This document shows, one piece after another, positions 47,145 to 55,542 of a stretch of DNA of 56,690 bases (the first letter of the stretch is position 1; each line of letters starts with the position of its first letter). The position numbers and the translations under genes were made by a program. Location: IMG/VR virus record IMGVR_UViG_3300022753_001683; one strand, written 5' to 3'. The notes under the pieces are model-generated. The model had not been told where the DNA came from and ran no database searches. It worked only from the letters and a program-made list of their open reading frames with translations. The DNA comes from an uncultured virus (IMG/VR IMGVR_UViG_3300022753_001683). Taxonomy: Duplodnaviria; Heunggongvirae; Uroviricota; Caudoviricetes.

Positions 47145-47552
47145 ATGATGAAGTTCACTAAGAAGGTTGCTCTGGAAGTCGCTATCAATGCTATCGAGAA
47201 CTCCACCCTGCCCAACTGGTCTTTCACTGAGGGCGAGGAAACCCTGACCATCTCCAAAGCGGAAGCCATCGAGAAGCTCCAGAAGATGATTGAGCAGTTG
47301 GAGGCTAAGTCCAACGCTCCCAAGAAGCCCACTAAGGTGCAGGAAGCCAACGAGGGTGTCAAGGACATCATCAAGGCTGTGCTGGAAGGTCAGTCCCCCA
47401 TGACTGTCTCCGAAATCATGACCCACTCTGCGGAACTGAGTGCCCTGTCCAACCAGAAGGTCGCCTCTCTGGTGCGCCAGATGGTCGAGGCTGGCGTGCT
47501 GGTTCGCACTGAGGAAAAGCGCAAGGCTTTCTTCGCCCTCGCTCAGGGCTGA
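47145..47552 (+). CDS. Winged-helix DNA-binding protein, paralog 3 of 3 (135 aa)
   Basis: KKPTKVQEANEG..TVSEI..LSNQKVASLVRQMVEAG..R.EEKRKAFF; GAAA terminator at 47557-47584. Confidence 0.75.
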   Translation: MMKFTKKVALEVAINAIENSTLPNWSFTEGEETLTISKAEAIEKLQKMIEQLEAKSNAPKKPTKVQEANEGVKDIIKAVLEGQSPMTVSEIMTHSAELSALSNQKVASLVRQMVEAGVLVRTEEKRKAFFALAQG

Positions 47553-47729
47553 GCCTGAGACCCCGAAAGGGGTCTCTTTTTCTTGGGCTGCTCGCGGACG
47601 GGCGCCGCGAGCAGTTTTCCGCGATACACTAGACCCACCGAAAAATTTTCTTGAAAAATCGGCATTTTAGGGGTTGACAGATTATCCCGAATCTGATATA
47701 ATAGAACCATCGAAAGGAGCTGATCTGAA

Positions 47730-47870
47730 ATGTTCACCTGTCCTGCACTCTGTATCCTTGGTCTGGTTCTCTCTATGTGGGGATTCATCTGGGGTATCTT
47801 CTTCCAGGAATTCCTGTGGCTGTGTGTAGCTGGTTTTGCGCTGGGCTGGATGTTTTCTAAAGATTGTTGA
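47730..47870 (+). CDS. 46-aa hydrophobic (two-TM-like) peptide
   Basis: Own promoter and AAGGAG RBS; MFTCPALCILGLVLSMWGFIWGIFFQEFLWLCVAGFALGWMFSKDC. Confidence 0.6.
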   Translation: MFTCPALCILGLVLSMWGFIWGIFFQEFLWLCVAGFALGWMFSKDC

Positions 47871-47933
47871 AATTAGGGGTTGACAAACTGCCCCAACTGT
47901 GTTATAATAATAATGTCGAAAGGAGCTGATAGC

Positions 47934-48407
47934 ATGGAGTTCAAGGAAGCTATCAAGGCTTACGCTAAAATGATGGGCGTAAGCGAATCGGAAGCGAAGC
48001 AGGATGCCGAAGCTACCATCAAAATGTGGATGACCACCGAAGGCATGACAAGGGAATTTGCGGAAGCCAGCTGGATTGAAGAGCAGGAAGATGCAGACCC
48101 CGAATTGCTGAAACAGATGGAAAAGCAGGCGAAGGAATCTGGCGCAACAAAGGTCAAGGCAAAGCGTGCCCCGAATTACAGTCTGGAAGGACAGAAAAAG
48201 CGGGAACGCAAGCCCAACGAAGAAAAGCGTTCACTGATTGAACAAATCGCCAATGCAATGGAAAGTTTTCATCACATGGATGAAGAAATTCCTGCTTCTG
48301 GTGTGGATTTGGTCGAAATTGTGAATCCTGAACGAGAAATCACCTTCAAAATTGGTGAAAATTGCTACAGTGTGACCCTTACCTGCCATCGCAAGCCGAA
48401 AAAATGA
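47934..48407 (+). CDS. Hypothetical early protein (157 aa), paralog of 41122-41526
   Basis: Own promoter, AAGGAG RBS, shared C-terminal motif. Confidence 0.75.
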   Translation: MEFKEAIKAYAKMMGVSESEAKQDAEATIKMWMTTEGMTREFAEASWIEEQEDADPELLKQMEKQAKESGATKVKAKRAPNYSLEGQKKRERKPNEEKRSLIEQIANAMESFHHMDEEIPASGVDLVEIVNPEREITFKIGENCYSVTLTCHRKPKK

Positions 48408-48581
48408 CAAAATGGGCGAGAAATCGCCCATTTTTTGCTGTTTTTGTCCGGTTTTGTGCGGTTTTACTAGAAAAATCGCATAATTTTTGTTGATTTTGCC
48501 TATTGACAAATGCGGCGGGCTGTGGTATAATAATAGAGGGGAGTTGAGCGGGCCGGTCGCGGGCGATCCGGACCGAATTTC

Positions 48582-49145
48582 CCGATCGGACCTGTATATG
48601 CAAATTTTTCTCTTGAATGCAACTATATGCAACTAATTACCTTGAATCCCGAAACCCCGGTCGGGCCCCGCCGATCGGATAACCGATCGGCTATCATATG
48701 CGCTCGTGCGCGGTGAAAGCGATTCCTCCAGCGCCTCACAAATCAATTCTCTCTGCCCCTCAGCGTAGATCGAACATACCCCGCGCGTTCTCTGGAACAT
48801 GCATATGCTGCGGAATTTGACAAATTGAATTAAATATGATATAATATTTAAAAAAGGCACCTCCGCCGACCGGGAAATTGACAACATAATTTTTTTATGA
48901 TATAATAAAAGTAGAAGGATATAGGCCGACCGGAAAGTCGGCAACAAGAGGAAGGAGATTTGACAAATAAACAAATATATGATATAATACGGTGGGGCAT
49001 ATTTTTACCGATCGGTAATAGATCAAGAGGAGCAAGAGTAAAGAATAGCAAGTGGACGGGCTGGCATATGCGGCATAATATATTGAACTTAATTACGGAC
49101 ACGAGGACGGATAAATGAGTAGAGTAGTCTAGGCCCGATCGGGCC
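48582..49145. repeat. Cluster of CCGAYCGG palindromic octamers
   Basis: CCGATCGG at 48582, 48671, 48683, 49008 and 49135; CCGACCGG at 48866 and 48926; CCGGTCGG at 48657. Confidence 0.7.
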
Positions 49146-49324
49146 ACCCCACTTCCAGAATTTTCCCAGTTTTTACAATTTTATCTATCCTCATCTTCTC
49201 TCCCTTGATTTTTATAAAAAAATTTGCTATAATATATATGTAAAGAATGAGGGAATCGCTTCGCTCTTCCCTCTATCCAATCCTGGGGTCGCTCCCCAGT
49301 GAATATCGAAAGGAGACTCCTTAC

Positions 49325-49930
49325 ATGAATACTTACGAGAATGAAATGATGGCTATGCTTCGTCAGGGTATGTCTATGGACGAGGTTATGAACAAGATGC
49401 GCACTCAGCTGGCCAATGCACAGGCCCAGATCAAGGCTGAAGAGGAAGCTAAGCGTAAGCAGGCTGAAGCTAAGCGCAAGGCCGATAATGAGACCAAGGC
49501 TCAGACTCTGGTTGATCTTTGCAACCGTGCAATGGAGAATAAGCTGACCGCAGCCGATGTCGCTTATGTGCAGCAGCTCTATGCTACTCAGAAGTATCCT
49601 GAGCATGCTCGCATGTTCGCTCAGATGTTTGATGCCAATGAAGTGGATTCCACTATCAAGATGGCAGTTGGCACTATGAGCGCTCTGACTCCTCTGGTCC
49701 ATCTGGCTGGTGCCAAGGATTGGGATGAAGTTCTTGATGAACTTGATGCCAAGGAAATCAAGAATGCTCACGCTCAAGCCAATGCAAAAGTGGATGAAGA
49801 TCTGAAGGAAATGCAGGACCTCTTCGGGCTTCTCTTTGGCCAGGCAAAGCCTGTCCAGAAGCCCGCTCAGCCTACTCCCAAGTCTGACGACACCATTCTG
49901 CGCGACTTCGTAAATTCCATCAATAAGTGA
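49325..49930 (+). CDS. Hypothetical helical protein (201 aa)
   Basis: Promoter TTGATT(49205)-17-TATAAT, AAGGAG RBS before ATG 49325, terminator at ~49929-49960. Confidence 0.75.
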   Translation: MNTYENEMMAMLRQGMSMDEVMNKMRTQLANAQAQIKAEEEAKRKQAEAKRKADNETKAQTLVDLCNRAMENKLTAADVAYVQQLYATQKYPEHARMFAQMFDANEVDSTIKMAVGTMSALTPLVHLAGAKDWDEVLDELDAKEIKNAHAQANAKVDEDLKEMQDLFGLLFGQAKPVQKPAQPTPKSDDTILRDFVNSINK

Positions 49931-49995
49931 AAGAAGGGCTAACGCCCTTCTTTCTTTTTTTATATAAATAAGAAAAAGGGAGGCTAATGCCTCCC

Positions 49996-50457
49996 TTATA
50001 CCTTGCGCTTACCATATTTCTTGGCTTTCTCTTTTCCTTCATTCACAAGTTCTTGCAATCTTGCTGCTCCATCAGATTCATAATTTGCAAGATTCTCTTC
50101 ACTCTCTCGAATAAGAGCCATCAATTTCTTCTCACCCTGTGCAAATAGAGCTTCAACAGTCGCTCTCTCAGTTACAACAGTAGAAGTCTGCTTTGCAGCC
50201 TCCTCTTTCTTATTGCCACGAATCGCAGTACCATATACAATACTATAATGCAGTGGCTTCAAGTCATCTACAGACTTCAGATTAGGAGTAACCTGACCAA
50301 TTATCATACCACCATTAATCAGTCTACGATCTTCACCAATCATCCACATAATATCATTGCGCGCTCTTCCCTGTTCACTAATCTCAAACAGAAACTCTCT
50401 CTTCGGGATTACATAAACTTCCTTACCTCTATAAGCACCAAGACAATCATATGCCAT
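49996..50457 (-). CDS. Hypothetical protein (153 aa)
   Basis: AAGGAGG RBS; terminator GGGAGGC/GCCTCCC plus U-tract at ~49973-49996. Confidence 0.7.
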   Translation of the reverse strand: MAYDCLGAYRGKEVYVIPKREFLFEISEQGRARNDIMWMIGEDRRLINGGMIIGQVTPNLKSVDDLKPLHYSIVYGTAIRGNKKEEAAKQTSTVVTERATVEALFAQGEKKLMALIRESEENLANYESDGAARLQELVNEGKEKAKKYGKRKV

Positions 50458-50579
50458 AACTCATTTTCCTCCTTAAATTTGAGTTTTGAAATCATTTTTT
50501 CATTTGTTCCTCGCACCATGCGATTTTGAAATCATTTTTTGAAAACATTGCCCCACTTATATACGAGGCGGGCGTATAA

Positions 50580-50622
50580 GGTATGGTATACCTCGGAGCG
50601 AAGCGGAGAGGTATACCATACC
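50580..50622. repeat. Perfect 15-bp inverted repeat
   Basis: GGTATGGTATACCTC-13 nt-GAGGTATACCATACC, with no adjacent U-tract. Confidence 0.8.
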
Positions 50623-50705
50623 GCCTATTTTATTCTATTCTATAGGTTACTATTTTTTGTACAAAACTCAGAAATTTTTGTACATTTCATCTAAAATCCG
50701 ATCGG

Positions 50706-51299
50706 TCACTCGGGCAACACATTAGATACTTTGGTAATCACAATATTCGTCTTATCATATTCTACTTGCTGCAATTCATATGTAATCAATCCTAATCTCC
50801 GCAAGATATCAAGGATATCATTGATTACAACATTATTAGAAGTAGTTGATGTTGCTAAGCCAATGCGATTCTTTAACTCTTTATGAGTTACAACAAATGA
50901 TGTTTCACCATTGCCTAAATAACGATTCAAGAGATAGACAAATAGGTTTACAGTATTGCGGTTTAAAGAGTTTACAAGCTGTCTCAAAGTAGTAAATGGA
51001 ACCAACATTGCAGAAGATGCTTGCAACTCTTTTAAGATATATACTTTTCTATCGTCATCTTCTTCTAATAGACCCATTTTTACCAATTGTTTTACATATT
51101 TAGATGCGCTACGACGATCCATTCCAGTTTCATTACCAATATTTACAAATGTAGCAACTTTATATGAAACGCTTCTTGCATCTTGACTATCCCAATCAGA
51201 TTTACATTGAAACCATGCATAAACTAAATCACAATAATTTCTATCTGCCATAATCCCAGCTTCCTTCGGAACTTGTCTTGAATTCTTCTAAATGTTCAA
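50706..51299 (-). CDS. Tandem winged-helix DNA-binding protein, possible replication initiator (197 aa), TAG at codon 4
   Basis: GGAGGAGGTG RBS, then TTG-AAC-ATT-TAG in frame with track ORF 50706-51251. Two wHTH-like segments: IGNETGMDRRSASKYVKQLVKMGLL and ELKNRIGL...INDILDILRRLGLI. Confidence 0.6.
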
Positions 51300-51504
51300 T
51301 GGTTTTCACCTCCTCCCACGAGATATGAAAACCAAATATAGATAATTGTACAACCTTGACCAAACATCATAGATTCGTGTACAAAATTTTCTAAGCGTTG
51401 TACATTTTTAGGAATTTTCTCTACTATTCCCAAGTCTTTAGATTTTTTCCTAAAAATTTTTACCAAAAATAACTAAGGGCTGTGCACGAACACAGCCCTC
51501 AAAC

Positions 51505-51693
51505 TTAAGCCTTCTTGTTCTCGTCGAGGACTGCCTGAAGGTCACGTTCAAACTTGGGAGTCACAGTAAAGATCCAACACAGAAACTCTGGCTTGCTAGG
51601 ATTCGGCATAGTACCAGCAGGGACATTACCCATTTCAACCAACTTCATTGCAATCTTACGAGTATAAATAATCTTATTAGTAGTATCAGCCAT
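51505..51693 (-). CDS. Small DUF5659-like protein (62 aa)
   Basis: IIYTRKIA..L...G......PN..KP....WIF pattern; promoter TTGACT(51807)-17-TATAAT; hairpin at 51476-51500. Confidence 0.55.
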   Translation of the reverse strand: MADTTNKIIYTRKIAMKLVEMGNVPAGTMPNPSKPEFLCWIFTVTPKFERDLQAVLDENKKA

Positions 51694-51883
51694 AATATAT
51701 TCCTCTTTTCCGGCTGCTTCGCAGCTCGCTTATATTTGTTAAAGTTCGAACTCTTCGCTCAACCTTTATTACATATATATTATAGCAAAAATTTTTACAA
51801 AAGTCAACTGGTTCGGTCTAGTTTTCGATTGACTTTTCAAAAAAAATATGATACAATAAAAGAAAAAGGAGCTAATTATTGAT

Positions 51884-52717
51884 ATGACCCCCAAGATTAT
51901 TGATGGCAAAGCAATTGCGGCAAGAGTTGAACAAGAGTGTAAACACACTATCGAAGCATTCAACCTCCAGCCTAAACTTGTTGTAATTACTACCGACGAA
52001 GCTGACGCTGCCTCTAAAGTATACATGCGGAATAAGCATCGTGCAGCTGAACGTGTCGGTATCCTATATGAAGAAATTATTCTTAATAAATATGCGGACA
52101 TGACAATTATGCTATCTACTATTCGTCAGCTTAACGCTGATCCTACGGTACATGGCATTATCGTACAGCTGCCATTACCAGCTCGTTTCGATGTGCCGAC
52201 TATTCAAGCTGAAATTGATCCTGATAAAGACGTTGATGGGTTCCATCCCGACTCAGCATTTGACCCTTGTACGCCCGATGCTGTGATGCATATGCTTCTG
52301 GATGACGAAAAAATGACTCTTGACGGAAAACACGCCGTTGTCATTGGCCGTTCCAATATCGTTGGAAAACCTCTCGCTCGTCTCCTTCTCCAAGAGAATG
52401 CGACTGTTTCCGTCTGTCATTCTCATACTGATTCAATTTTACTTGAGCAGCTTTGCAAGAGCGCTGATTACGTGTTCTGCGCCGCAGGCGTCCCGGGGCT
52501 CGTGAGACCCGAAATGTTGGCGTACGGCACAGTGCTCGTCGACATTTCTATCAATAGAGATATTGAAGGAAAGTTGTGCGGCGATGCCCATCCGGATTGT
52601 TATCCACTATGTTCTGCATATACTCCCGTTCCTGGCGGTGTTGGACCACTTACCGTATCCCGTCTCATGTGGCACACCGTTACCTCTGCACTAATGGCAA
52701 GAAAGGATGAAACTTAA
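51884..52717 (+). CDS. folD: Bifunctional methylenetetrahydrofolate dehydrogenase/cyclohydrolase
   Basis: IIDGK, Y...K, GIIVQLPLP, KDVDG, PCTP, GRSNIVGKP, TPVPGGVGP; promoter TTGACT(51829)-17-TACAAT. Confidence 0.95.
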   Translation: MTPKIIDGKAIAARVEQECKHTIEAFNLQPKLVVITTDEADAASKVYMRNKHRAAERVGILYEEIILNKYADMTIMLSTIRQLNADPTVHGIIVQLPLPARFDVPTIQAEIDPDKDVDGFHPDSAFDPCTPDAVMHMLLDDEKMTLDGKHAVVIGRSNIVGKPLARLLLQENATVSVCHSHTDSILLEQLCKSADYVFCAAGVPGLVRPEMLAYGTVLVDISINRDIEGKLCGDAHPDCYPLCSAYTPVPGGVGPLTVSRLMWHTVTSALMARKDET

Positions 52718-54408
52718 TGGCAACCACTCGTACTGAAACAGATATTAAACTGTATACAAACGAAGAGTTGCAAGATATTCAAGATAATTCACATTCTGGT
52801 TCAGCAACAGATTCAAAAGGTAATATTCAAGCAGTTCTTTCTGCGATTATTACCTACACTAAAGCTGCGGCTGAAGCTAATCGTAATTATGTAGATATTT
52901 TGTGGTCTTCTATTAAAACAGGTAATTATACCGATAAAATCCTTGGTTGGATTGAAATGAAACCCGAAAACTCATTGGATGAACACAAATATGGTATTGC
53001 AGACACCCGCTGGGCTGTCGATATTGGTGGTCGTATTACTGAAAGCGGATGTAGATGGATTTTTGTGTATAACCGCGACTCTGAAGAACCTTGCGGAATT
53101 CGTATTTCTTGGTGGGAAGAAAATGAAGATGAGACTGATCCAATTGAAGAAGCTTGGACCAACAATCCTTACATCATTCTTCCTAAGAATAAATATGCGT
53201 TTCCCACTGCTTCTGAAGTAAATACTATTATTGTACAACCAAATGCAATGCAAGTTAATAAGGACTTTATTAACAATATTTTTAGCACAATCAATTATCA
53301 TATTCAAAATGCTGCAAAAAATAGTAATAACAATGTTCGAATTCCTTGGGAGACATTTGGTAATTCTGCGGAAGTGCAAAAAATGTTTGTTGTTACATCA
53401 AGAGATATAACAATAGTAGAATCAGAAAGTCTATCTGCGCTCGGTGGTTGTTTTAGCTATGGAGAACGCTCTGATGGTCATTATCCAAGAGCAACAAATC
53501 GTGCATTTACCGTTGATGACTTTGATCCACTGGAGATGGGCTTCTTTAATGATGCTACCTATTTGGAAGATAATTATACTGCCTTTGCACCTGCAACCAG
53601 TTTTACATTGTATCAAATTTTAACAGAAATTTTAGGATATGGTGTAAGCTATTCTGCTAGTGTTGATCTTCAGAATGGTCAAGCTTTTTGTATGGGTCTG
53701 TTAATCACTTGGGATAAAGAAAATTCCTATGCAACAAATACAAGCAATGCTAATTATCTTGCAAATGAAATTTTTGCTGATGAATCTCAGCAATATAGAG
53801 ATTCTTTAACTTCAGTACTATCTTGGCCTGATGGTACTGTACCAACTTTGGAACATTATATTGCAGCAAATAAAAAGAATAATACCTCTTGGCTAAAAAC
53901 TTTTGTTGATTTAACAGTTAGTAAAATGAATACTGCTTTTGCTAAAGGAGATCGTGCAATTCATATTCTATGGTCAGAAGTCAGTTCTTCTTATGCCGAT
54001 GAAGTAAAACGAGCTTGGCAAAATGGTTCATGTGAATATGACGGTTATATTGAAGCAGCTGTACCAAGAGGAAGAGATCTTGGAGTTGGAACTCAAACTT
54101 CTGTGGCTAGTGCTTTTAATCAAATTATGGACGCAGAACATTATTCTGCTGGTTCTACCAATCCTCCAACTTATGCTTATGGATATATCCGCTATAAAAA
54201 AGATGGTGACACCAGTGGTGGAGGTAGTGCTAATTCTACAGCCATTGAAGATATTACTCACCCTGATTCCATTGGCTTAGCTATTACCCTGTATGGATAT
54301 GTAGCAAGTTCTCCACAATCTGGTAATACTGCTGATGCTCAAACTGCTGATGCTATTCGTGATATTCAGCGGATTTGGTTAGCAAAAGAGGCCCCTAAAG
54401 CAAAGTAA
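52717..54408 (+). CDS. Hypothetical protein (563 aa)
   Basis: Long TAG-free ORF overlapping folD (TAATG); possibly has loosely repeated internal domains (V.I.W motif recurring three times). Confidence 0.75.
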   Translation: MATTRTETDIKLYTNEELQDIQDNSHSGSATDSKGNIQAVLSAIITYTKAAAEANRNYVDILWSSIKTGNYTDKILGWIEMKPENSLDEHKYGIADTRWAVDIGGRITESGCRWIFVYNRDSEEPCGIRISWWEENEDETDPIEEAWTNNPYIILPKNKYAFPTASEVNTIIVQPNAMQVNKDFINNIFSTINYHIQNAAKNSNNNVRIPWETFGNSAEVQKMFVVTSRDITIVESESLSALGGCFSYGERSDGHYPRATNRAFTVDDFDPLEMGFFNDATYLEDNYTAFAPATSFTLYQILTEILGYGVSYSASVDLQNGQAFCMGLLITWDKENSYATNTSNANYLANEIFADESQQYRDSLTSVLSWPDGTVPTLEHYIAANKKNNTSWLKTFVDLTVSKMNTAFAKGDRAIHILWSEVSSSYADEVKRAWQNGSCEYDGYIEAAVPRGRDLGVGTQTSVASAFNQIMDAEHYSAGSTNPPTYAYGYIRYKKDGDTSGGGSANSTAIEDITHPDSIGLAITLYGYVASSPQSGNTADAQTADAIRDIQRIWLAKEAPKAK

Positions 54409-54420
54409 GGAGGATCTTAA

Positions 54421-55224
54421 ATGAAATATTGTACTTCATATTTCCAGAGTGAACCTGTTCGTCAAAAGATTGATGAATTACGCTTTTCTACCGCTGCCAT
54501 GAATGACGCACTCGGCTATGCCGAGCGTCATTCAGACAAGCGGGTTATTATTGAATTTCTAGATTTACACGCAGATCATATTCCTACGATTGAAAAACTG
54601 CATAAGCTGCATCAAGAACAACCCAATATCTACTATGATTTCTATAATTTACATGATCTTGTAGAATATTCTCGCGCATTTGAACGTCAAGTAGATTATA
54701 TTATGTACCATCAGCCCGCATTAACTTGGGGACTTGTGCAAATCTTACTTTATTACAAAGTTTGTGATATTGTTATTAGTGAACCTCTTACCTTTAACAT
54801 GAATGAACTTGAAAAGAATGTGCATCCTTATGCTCGTATTCGTATTCGTCCTTACATTGCAAAACCAGAAATTGCAAGAGGGATTGAAACAGATTCTGGT
54901 ATCCACCATTTCTGGGTACTACCCCAGCATATGCACTTTTATGAACCATATGTTGATGTAATTGATTTGCTTGATGATAATATTGTGCGCGAAACAGCTT
55001 TGGTAAGTACTTATACATCTAATAAAGAGTTCTCTGCGCGACTGGATACTCTTATTGAAGGTGTAGAGTGCGGTATTGGTGCATCTTTTATCGACGATAA
55101 ATTTGTACAGCGTCGTCTCACTTGCGGACAAAGCTGTTTAAAAAACAGCAATTATTGCCATTACTGTGATCAATATGTAAAAATGTATGATGTAATTGCC
55201 GCACAACGTAAATCTTCTAATTGA
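54421..55224 (+). CDS. Hypothetical protein with C-terminal Cys cluster (267 aa)
   Basis: AAGGAGG RBS; ends in C...C......C..C. Confidence 0.7.
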   Translation: MKYCTSYFQSEPVRQKIDELRFSTAAMNDALGYAERHSDKRVIIEFLDLHADHIPTIEKLHKLHQEQPNIYYDFYNLHDLVEYSRAFERQVDYIMYHQPALTWGLVQILLYYKVCDIVISEPLTFNMNELEKNVHPYARIRIRPYIAKPEIARGIETDSGIHHFWVLPQHMHFYEPYVDVIDLLDDNIVRETALVSTYTSNKEFSARLDTLIEGVECGIGASFIDDKFVQRRLTCGQSCLKNSNYCHYCDQYVKMYDVIAAQRKSSN

Positions 55225-55305
55225 TTTTTTTCAAAAAATATTATATAATATATATGTAAGATTGAGAGAGGGAATAAAACCTCACTCGGAAAGGAGAAGT
55301 CGAAG

Positions 55306-55542
55306 ATGTTCCGAACATTTTGTGAAGCTATGGAACAAGAGCCAGCACTGACTCTCACCATGCTTGAAGAATTTGGTCATACTACTACTCGCACTGGTAA
55401 ACTGAATCGTGCGGCAGCTCGTATCCGCCAAGACCTTGAAATGTACGGAGATTTCAGTCTTGAAGATGCTCTCGTAGCTTGCGATCTCGATCAGCTTACG
55501 GAAGCTGAAATCAAGTATCTGGAAGGACGATTGAACTCATGA
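55306..55542 (+). CDS. Hypothetical protein (78 aa)
   Basis: Promoter TTGATT(55221)-17-TATAAT and AAGGAG RBS. Confidence 0.7.
   Translation: MFRTFCEAMEQEPALTLTMLEEFGHTTTRTGKLNRAAARIRQDLEMYGDFSLEDALVACDLDQLTEAEIKYLEGRLNS

Larger units (their letters stand above)
38182..48988. promoter_or_regulatory. Array of 29 near-consensus sigma70/sigmaA promoters (27 plus, 2 minus)
   Basis: TTGACA (TAGACA at 44893 and 46798)-17 nt-TATAAT/TATACT/TACAAT. Plus -35 at 38182, 38622, 39113, 40381, 41068, 41578, 42094, 42544, 42894, 43295, 43452, 43872, 44415, 44893, 45003, 45124, 45648, 46386, 46798, 46919, 47071, 47674, 47880, 48503, 48817, 48878, 48960; minus at 40335 and 44844. Many have TG extensions and upstream A-tracts. 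Confidence 0.9.

Noticed and set aside
38098..48635. ATGCA(T) clusters at ~38098-38135, ~40005-40032 and ~48598-48632
   Set aside because: Short motif with few copies and no consistent spacing; cannot be distinguished from chance by eye.
37896..49777. Many minus-strand and alternative-frame ORFs in the track (e.g. 37896-38585, 41868-42512, 45670-46425, 49181-49777)
   Set aside because: They are shadows of plus-strand genes with biased codons, lack an RBS, and run across promoters and terminators.
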